A DNA stretch of 64,000 nt. Source: Vulcanimicrobiota bacterium. GTDB lineage: Bacteria > Vulcanimicrobiota > Xenobia > Xenobiales > JADMJV01. Positions 58,131-64,000 of this stretch are shown one piece after another. The notes under the pieces were generated by a model. That model worked only from the letters and a program-made list of their open reading frames with translations. It searched no databases and had not been told where the DNA came from. Made by a program: the position numbers and the translations under genes. The stretch lies in NCBI GenBank assembly GCA_050250895.1, contig JBFWNU010000001.1:1608008-1672007 (forward strand), read 5' to 3'. Every line of letters begins with the position of its first letter. Position 1 is the first letter of the stretch.

Positions 58131-59592
58131 ACGGGCCTTTGCCGAAAGGAGCGCCGCCCGTGCCGGGCCCCTTGGCGGCCCCGCGGTGGAACAGGTTGAA
58201 ACCGCAGGCCGGCATGATGCGGCCGTCGATCTGCGGGTAGTGATGACAGCACTTCATCAGCCGTTCGACATCGAAGTCGTGGCGGTCCATGTAATGGTGG
58301 ATGAAAATGGTCTTGACCTGGCGCTCGGCGATGCGGATCAGTTCCTGGCGGGGTAGATTCTGGTTGGGAAACATCTCGAGCAGGGCCCGGCGCATGGCCT
58401 TGATGATCTTCTGGCTGTCGGGCACTTCTCCCGCGGCGCTCCACAGGTCATCGATGACCTGGCGAATGGAGTCCTCAGTCTGGGCGTTGGGCTCGATGGT
58501 GGCCGTCTGGGCGAATAGATCGAGATGCTTGCGCATGTCGACAAAGCGAGGAAACGGCAAGAAGGTGCCGTCGCCCATATTGAGCAGGTAGGTCAGCGAC
58601 ACGCACAGCGGGTGCGAGCATGGCAGCGGGATGAAGTCTTCGCGGGCCACCGCTCCGTCGGTTTGCTCGTCGATGGCCCGGATGACTCCGGGAATGGTCA
58701 GCCGGTCCATCGGATCGTGCGGAAAGACGCCGCCCCCGTGGCCGGTGGCCGAGAAAGGCTGGATCAAGAGCGAGAGCACATGGTCGCGCTCCATTAGCAG
58801 GCGCACCGCGTCGCCCAGCTGGTGCTCGTTGACCCCCCGGGCCGGCACATAAGCGATCTGGGTCGAGATGCCCAGCTCGGCTAGATTTTCGAGGGCTTTC
58901 CACTTGGTCTCCATCAGCGGCACCCCGCGGATGGTCGTTTGGATCTCGTCGGTAAAGCCGTCGAGCTGCAAGATGACATAGACGTTGCGAGCCTTGAGTT
59001 GCTCGCAAAACTCGCGCGAGTTGGCGATGCGAATGCCGTTGGTCACCACCGACACGCGGCCGATTTCGGGCCGGGTGGCCATGTCCACCAGCTCGAGAAA
59101 ACGGGGATGGGAGGTGGGTTCGCCTCCGCTCAGGGTGATGGTCTCGAGACTGCCCTCGGCTTTGAGCAGCAGGTCGATGATGCCCTGGAAGTCGTCGTTG
59201 GTCATGTGGTTGGAATACTGGTTATTCACGATGCACACCGGGCATTCGAGGTTGCAGTGATCGGTGATCTCGACGATGGGCAGACAGGTGTGCTGCTGGT
59301 GGGCCGGGCACAGACCGCAGTCGGTGGGGCAGCCGGCCTTGACGGCGGTAGAGAAGTGCAAAGGGGTGCTGCCCGGCTTGATGTAGGAAAAGGCCTTCTG
59401 GTAATACTCGGCGTCTTCGCTGACCAGGGCTTCGCTATGGCCATGGTCGGGGCAGAACTTGAGAAAATAGACCTTGCCTTCGCGAAAGACCACCTGCGCC
59501 TGAATGATCTTGAGACACTCGGGGCAGCAGCTCATGGTCATCTTGAAGAAGGTGTAAGGGCGGTCGCCTCGGCAACAGGATGGACTGGTCAT
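58120..59592 (-). CDS. Radical SAM enzyme of the Tes/GDGT-MAS/Mss (MJ0619-like) family
   Basis: N-terminal CPEC..CPDHG, CPTDCGLCPAH..TC, CNLECPVC, GGEP, C-terminal MD..ERLMKCC..DGRIMPAC; ATGA overlap with the ACP gene. Confidence 0.88.
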   Translation of the reverse strand: MTSPSCCRGDRPYTFFKMTMSCCPECLKIIQAQVVFREGKVYFLKFCPDHGHSEALVSEDAEYYQKAFSYIKPGSTPLHFSTAVKAGCPTDCGLCPAHQQHTCLPIVEITDHCNLECPVCIVNNQYSNHMTNDDFQGIIDLLLKAEGSLETITLSGGEPTSHPRFLELVDMATRPEIGRVSVVTNGIRIANSREFCEQLKARNVYVILQLDGFTDEIQTTIRGVPLMETKWKALENLAELGISTQIAYVPARGVNEHQLGDAVRLLMERDHVLSLLIQPFSATGHGGGVFPHDPMDRLTIPGVIRAIDEQTDGAVAREDFIPLPCSHPLCVSLTYLLNMGDGTFLPFPRFVDMRKHLDLFAQTATIEPNAQTEDSIRQVIDDLWSAAGEVPDSQKIIKAMRRALLEMFPNQNLPRQELIRIAERQVKTIFIHHYMDRHDFDVERLMKCCHHYPQIDGRIMPACGFNLFHRGAAKGPGTGGAPFGKGPFIR

Positions 59593-59966
59593 GGGGTTTG
59601 CACTTCCTTCTGTTTCAGCTCGACCACCCGGGCCAGGCTGGCCACCGTGATGTGCGAGAAAAGATCGGCTGGATAGAGCGGTCGGGGAGCCTGACGCAGG
59701 CTGGGCAGCCATTCATACAGGCGCTCGAGGTCGGGTTCGCTCAGGGGACCCTGTTCTTGCTCGCTCAACTCGCCCCGCAATAGCCGGTCGAGCTCAGAGT
59801 TGCGCAACTTGACGCGAAAGCGTTTTTCCAGCGTAAAGAGCAGGTCGAGCAGGTCCAACGAGTCGGCGCCCAGGTCATCGAACAGGCGCGATTCGGACTG
59901 AACGTCGTCGGGGTCGAGGGCGAGCCGCTCGCACAGAACCGTTTGAACCGTTGCCACGACGCTCAC
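59589..59966 (-). CDS. Acyl carrier protein with internal insertion
   Basis: DDLGADSLDLLDLLFTLEKRF phosphopantetheine site; about 45 extra residues before ITVASL. Confidence 0.9.
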   Translation of the reverse strand: MSVVATVQTVLCERLALDPDDVQSESRLFDDLGADSLDLLDLLFTLEKRFRVKLRNSELDRLLRGELSEQEQGPLSEPDLERLYEWLPSLRQAPRPLYPADLFSHITVASLARVVELKQKEVQTP

Positions 59967-60255
59967 CCGGGCCTCACCTCGTCGCCATGGGTTGTTGAAA
60001 ACCGCCGAGACGCGGAGACGCTGAGGTTTTGACTCATCGTACGATGATGCGGAGCGGTGCGAGACCTGAGGTGGGCGGCAATGAATTGGTAGACATCCAC
60101 AGTGCCTGACGCTTCGCGGTGGGCTACTTCTTTACCCCCGCGGCCACTCCAGCCGGGAGGGTTGTTCGAGTCCCGGTTGGTTAATCAACCGGTCGAGCCG
60201 ACCCGCCCCGCTGGCACCGCCCCCTCGGCGCCAAGAGCTTGCGTAATGGCTGGGG

Positions 60256-60462
60256 CTAGCCGAAGACCGAGGCCCACTCGAGCCAATCGTCGCCGGTGGC
60301 TTCCCGGGCTGGACCGCGTGGGTCTTCCTTCTTGGGCTGGTCGGGGGTTTGGCTCATGGTCCCGATCAACGAGTAGCCTACGCCCAGCGAGAGGCAACTG
60401 TTGAAGTTTCCATCCAGGTTTGGCGTGGCGCCGTCAAAGTCGGCGTTTCCGGAGTTTGGCAT
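60256..60462 (-). CDS. Small hypothetical peptide (68 aa, or 33 aa from ATG 60357)
   Basis: GAGGA RBS 5 nt before ATG 60462; ends DDWLEWASVFG. Confidence 0.35.
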   Translation of the reverse strand: MPNSGNADFDGATPNLDGNFNSCLSLGVGYSLIGTMSQTPDQPKKEDPRGPAREATGDDWLEWASVFG

Positions 60463-60731
60463 GGTTGTCCTCACTTCGCGCCGAGATCTGCTTCGAGCCC
60501 ACCGAGTAACGGTGCTCTTTTAAGCTACCGTCAGGATGACCATCGGACCACATCCAGCGGAGCTCGGAGTGTCAAGTGCGCTACTTCGATTGTCACGCAA
60601 CTGGTCGCGGATGTCTAGTTTCTTGGAACTGGCGCCGCAGATTTAACCCTTTGGTCACAACTTGTTCACAAGGTTAACTTCGCATTCAATGGCCAGAGGT
60701 TCTCTTTGGGCTGGTTTTCCAGGAACTCGTC

Positions 60732-60760
60732 TTGCGTATAGGGAATTGGTCGGCTATACT
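60732..60760 (+). promoter_or_regulatory. Putative sigma70 promoter of the B-box/Ubl/E1 operon
   Basis: TTGCGT-17 nt-TATACT. Confidence 0.62.
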
Positions 60761-60796
60761 TGAATTCCATGTCGGTAGGGGTGAGGGTGAAGTTTC

Positions 60797-61192
60797 TTGC
60801 AGTGTAGTTCCCATCCAGAAGTCGAGGCCACTACGCGTTGCGAAGGATGTGGCGAGCTGTTTTGCCACCAGTGCACCACCGAGGTGCGAGGCGAGAAATA
60901 CTGCCGGGCCTGCAAGCACATCCCCATCCTGGGCAATCCTATCGGCGCTCTCTCTGACCAGAGCCCTGGCGAAACCTGTCAACCGGCGGCCGAGGCCCTC
61001 AAGTTCGCCGTCATCGGAATGCTCTGCTGCGGAGCGATCATGGGCCCGCTGGCCGTCATCAAGGCGCTCGAAGCCAAGAAGCTCATCGAGAACGAGCCTC
61101 ACTATACCGGGGTCGGAATGGCCAATGCCGCGCTTTTGGTGGGCGGCATGGAGACTTTGATCTGGCTGGTTGGCCTGTTGGGGAACGGCTGA
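60797..61192 (+). CDS. B-box-type zinc finger plus DUF4190-like membrane domain
   Basis: CSSHP..CEGC..FCHQC..YCRAC; two TMs with GPLAVIKA..TGVGMANAALLVG. Confidence 0.82.
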   Translation: MQCSSHPEVEATTRCEGCGELFCHQCTTEVRGEKYCRACKHIPILGNPIGALSDQSPGETCQPAAEALKFAVIGMLCCGAIMGPLAVIKALEAKKLIENEPHYTGVGMANAALLVGGMETLIWLVGLLGNG

Positions 61193-61824
61193 TGAGAGAG
61201 TTGATCTGCCCCGAGTGCCAGGCCGAGATCGTGGTGCTCGATGACAAGACCGCCTATTGCCCGCGCCACGGTGGCAAGTTCAAACTGTTGCATCTGGCTC
61301 CGGCCTCTCGGGTCGAACTGGCCCGTGAACTCGAGACGACGACGCCGGGGCCGGGAGTGGGCAACCAGAAGTGCCACTATCATCAGGAGGTCGACGCCAG
61401 GTTCTTGTGTCGTGGCTGCGGCAAGCCGTGTTGCCGACTGTGCACGTTTGCCATTGGAATGATGAAGCTGTGCGCCGATTGTGCCACCACCGGGCCCGAG
61501 CCGCTCATTCCCAAGCGTAAGAAACTCGTGGATAACGCCCTGCGGCTGGCCGGATTGGCCACCTTCTTCTTCGTGGGCATCATCGTCTTGTTGGTTTCGG
61601 GTAGCGATCTCTTAGCGATTCTGGGAGTGCTGGGGATCTTCTTGATTCCGTTCTTCGTCATGATCCCGTCGACGGTGGGCTTTTTCATGGCGCTAGAGGC
61701 GGTCGACCGACATCTCGAGAATCCTGTGGTGTTATGGGGGGCTCTCATCTGGAATGGTCTCATCTTTAGCATCTTTGCCTATCTGGGGCTGCGTTTCCTG
61801 GTGGCCCTGTTCCTGGGGGTATGA
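61192..61824 (+). CDS. Zinc ribbon plus B-box zinc finger plus 3-TM membrane protein
   Basis: CPEC..CPRH; CHYHQ..CRGCGKPCCRLC..LCADC; hydrophobic C-terminal half. Confidence 0.82.
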   Translation: MRELICPECQAEIVVLDDKTAYCPRHGGKFKLLHLAPASRVELARELETTTPGPGVGNQKCHYHQEVDARFLCRGCGKPCCRLCTFAIGMMKLCADCATTGPEPLIPKRKKLVDNALRLAGLATFFFVGIIVLLVSGSDLLAILGVLGIFLIPFFVMIPSTVGFFMALEAVDRHLENPVVLWGALIWNGLIFSIFAYLGLRFLVALFLGV

Positions 61825-62492
61825 TCGTGCAATATGAGATTCACGCCGATACGACCTTTGCGGTGCGACGCCTGGCCATCACTCCCCAAGGGGTCGTCTA
61901 CACCCGCTCGATCGGGCAACCCCTGCACGTTCTCTACCCAGACATCACGGCTGTCCTGGTTTCGAGTACCGACATGCTGACCATTCACGCCAAAGGCGAG
62001 ATCATGCGTCTGGGGCTCAAGCCCGAGCACCAGCCGGCCCTGCAGGCGATGCTGGGTTATCTCAAAGCGGCCGTGCCCGAGGCCGAGGACGCCCTCGAGG
62101 CCACCTTTAGCGAGCACCCGCCCGAGCTACCGCCGGAAGAGCCGGTGCGCCAACCGGGTGGCCTCAAAGAAGTGAAGTTCGCTCCTATGTCGGCCCAAGA
62201 ATTGGCCGCGAGGCGACAGCCTCCGCCCGGAGCCCAGAACATTCCCGAGCCTAGCAAATTGGGACAGGTGAGTCCTCGAATCGGTTCCAAGCCGGTCTCG
62301 CTCGGTGTCGAAGGCTCGCCCCAGCCTAAGGCCCAGCCGGATCATGAGGCGATGTTGATGGAGCGCCGGGCCCGCCAATACGACCTGCCTCCCAGCGCGC
62401 CCCCCATTCCCAAGCCGGCTGCCGATAGCCCCAGCGGACCCATCAGCGCAGCCGAGATCATCAAGCGCAGGCAAGCGCGAGAGGAGAGCTAG
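61821..62492 (+). CDS. PH-like domain protein with Pro-rich disordered tail
   Basis: RLAITPQGVVY..YPDITAV..LTI..C-terminal helix pattern typical of bacterial PH folds; ATGA overlap. Confidence 0.6.
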   Translation: MIVQYEIHADTTFAVRRLAITPQGVVYTRSIGQPLHVLYPDITAVLVSSTDMLTIHAKGEIMRLGLKPEHQPALQAMLGYLKAAVPEAEDALEATFSEHPPELPPEEPVRQPGGLKEVKFAPMSAQELAARRQPPPGAQNIPEPSKLGQVSPRIGSKPVSLGVEGSPQPKAQPDHEAMLMERRARQYDLPPSAPPIPKPAADSPSGPISAAEIIKRRQAREES

Positions 62493-62762
62493 ATGTCAGA
62501 GGTTCGCGTCAAGATTCTGGACGTTTCCGGCAGCCGCAGTCGTGAAGCCGAACTGCCGGCTGACGTGCCGGTCGAGCGCTTGCTCATTCTGCTGGTCGAA
62601 CGACTCGAACTGCCGCTCAACAGCCCCGACGGGCAGCTGATGGTCTACAAGCTTCACCATCGCGCCAGCGGGCGCCAGTTGCTCGATCACGAGACCCTGG
62701 GCCAGGCCCAGGTCAAGCACGGCGAAGAGTTGCGTCTGCAGCCGGAGATCATCGCTGGATGA
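62493..62762 (+). CDS. Ubiquitin-like protein (EsaB/YukD-like beta-grasp) ending in Gly
   Basis: VRVKILD..ELPADVPVERL..QLLDHETLGQAQVKHGEELRLQPEIIAG; directly upstream of E1. Confidence 0.88.
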   Translation: MSEVRVKILDVSGSRSREAELPADVPVERLLILLVERLELPLNSPDGQLMVYKLHHRASGRQLLDHETLGQAQVKHGEELRLQPEIIAG

Positions 62763-63928
62763 CGATGACCCTGGCAGAGGGCCGCTTTGCTCGCTTCTCG
62801 CAGATCGGGTGGTGGAATCAAGAGCTGCTCGCTCGGGCTCGCGTACTGGTGATCGGAGCCGGCGCGCTCGGCAACGAAGTGGTCAAGAACCTGGCTTTGC
62901 TCGGGGTCGGCAATCTGGTCATCGCCGATATGGACACCATCGAGCTCTCGAATCTAAGCCGAAGTGTCCTCTTTCGGGCTGAAGACGAAGGCAAGGCCAA
63001 AGCCGAGGTGGCGGCCGCCGCCGCGCGCTCCCTCTATCCCGACATGAAGATTCAGGCGGTGGTGGTGAACGTGCTGGCAGGTTTGGGCCTGGGCTACTTC
63101 CGCTGGGCCCACGTCGTGGTGGGGGCCCTCGACAATCGCGAGGCGCGGGTCTTTGTCAACAGTCGCTGCGCTCAACTGGGCAAGGCCTGGTTCGATGGAG
63201 GCATCGAGGCGCTCAACGGGGTGGTGCGCGGCTTTTCGGCCCCCGACACGGCTTGCTATGAGTGCACCATGTCCAAGCAAGACTGGGAGCAGATCGAGAA
63301 ACGGCGCTCCTGCTCTTTGTTGGCCCGCCAAGCCCTGGCTCAGGGGACCATGCCGACGACGCCGACTACCGCCTCGGTGATCGGCGGGATGCAGGCTCAA
63401 GAGTTGGTGAAGTTCTTGCACCACGGTCACGACGAGTCGGCCTTGCTGGGCAAGGGCTTCTTTTTCGAAGGGCTGCGGCATTCGTCCTATCCCATCAGCT
63501 ATCGAATCAACCCCGAATGTCCCTGGCACGAGCCCGCCTGCTCCGTCGAGAGTTGCCCGCAGTTTTCGAGCCAGACCGTGATCGACGAGCTCTGGTCTTT
63601 CGCCGAGGAGCGCCTGGGTGGCCTGGACGGGCTGGATTTTTCGCGCGAGATGGTCGAGCGCCTCACTTGCCCGAGCTGTGGCGACGAGCGCCAACTCTAC
63701 AAAGCCCTGGACCACCTCAGCGAGGCTGACGCCCCCTGTCCCGAGTGTGGGCAAGAGTGCTTTCCGGCCCTTTTTCACGGGGTCCACGCCAGCAGCGCCG
63801 CCCGAGCTCAGACGCCGGCCCAGCTGGGTCTGCCGCGCTGGGACATCATCTGGGCTCGCCGTGGTGAGGAGTATCTCGGCCTCGAACTCAGCGGCGACCG
63901 GCCTGAAGAACTCGGGGTGCCGGCATGA
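62759..63928 (+). CDS. E1-like (ThiF/MoeB family) ubiquitin-activating enzyme with C-terminal zinc-ribbon domain
   Basis: GAGALGNE, SNLSRS, DNREAR, CYEC, candidate catalytic Cys in RSCSLL, CPWH, CPSC..CPEC. Confidence 0.93.
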   Translation: MTMTLAEGRFARFSQIGWWNQELLARARVLVIGAGALGNEVVKNLALLGVGNLVIADMDTIELSNLSRSVLFRAEDEGKAKAEVAAAAARSLYPDMKIQAVVVNVLAGLGLGYFRWAHVVVGALDNREARVFVNSRCAQLGKAWFDGGIEALNGVVRGFSAPDTACYECTMSKQDWEQIEKRRSCSLLARQALAQGTMPTTPTTASVIGGMQAQELVKFLHHGHDESALLGKGFFFEGLRHSSYPISYRINPECPWHEPACSVESCPQFSSQTVIDELWSFAEERLGGLDGLDFSREMVERLTCPSCGDERQLYKALDHLSEADAPCPECGQECFPALFHGVHASSAARAQTPAQLGLPRWDIIWARRGEEYLGLELSGDRPEELGVPA

Positions 63929-64000
63929 AAGTGGGCGAGTGGAACGAAGAAACCGAGTGGGCTCGCAAGGACTTTCCCGGCCCGGCCGGTGTCGACGAGA
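63925..64000 (+). CDS. Next gene of the operon, 3'-truncated (MKVGEWNEETEWARKDFPGPAGVDE...)
   Basis: ATGA overlap with the E1 stop; open to the window end; product cannot be identified from 25 aa. Confidence 0.6.
   Translation, partial: MKVGEWNEETEWARKDFPGPAGVDE

Noticed and set aside
59996-60032. AAAACC..GAGACGC x2..GGTTTT REP-like element upstream of the ACP
   Set aside because: Only one copy was noticed in the window, so a repeat family or function cannot be supported
62759-63928. Ordinary ThiF/MoeB cofactor-biosynthesis enzyme
   Set aside because: Partner Ubl is YukD/ubiquitin-like rather than ThiS/MoaD-like, the C-terminal domain is not rhodanese, and no cofactor genes are adjacent in this window

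Overview
GC-rich bacterial chromosomal window, densely coding, with no CRISPR array, rRNA or IS element visible. It combines Terrabacteria-like gene order and sequence (7TM-HD/ybeY/dgkA cluster, Firmicutes-like ClpX N-terminus) with diderm traits (two GT9 heptosyltransferase-like genes, an ExbBD-TonB-TBDR operon). This fits a diderm Terrabacteria lineage such as Eremiobacterota/Armatimonadota, which is an inference only. The left part is mostly housekeeping: ftsK (partial), a lexA operon, pgpH-ybeY-dgkA-corC, glycosyltransferases, aspS, cdd, tRNA-Leu/tRNA-Gly-tig-clpP-clpX, korAB and gnd. Five things stand out. (1) A translationally coupled operon at 60.8-64 kb joins two membrane-anchored B-box zinc-finger proteins and a PH-like protein to a ubiquitin-like protein and an E1 enzyme; it runs off the window end. 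(2) An interrupted biosynthetic-like cluster at 47-60 kb has an ACP coupled to a Tes/Mss-family radical SAM enzyme, plus an FMO, a class III aminotransferase, a second radical SAM enzyme, a desaturase and an ABC exporter. (3) Two CxxC+RAPP/RGPP leader ORFs sit in the TonB operon, one with a visible anti-SD hairpin. (4) There is a candidate new LexA box and two small lexA-cotranscribed genes. (5) A divergent small-gene/regulator switch sits at 21.7-22.4 kb. All family assignments come from motif recognition by eye; no database searches were run.
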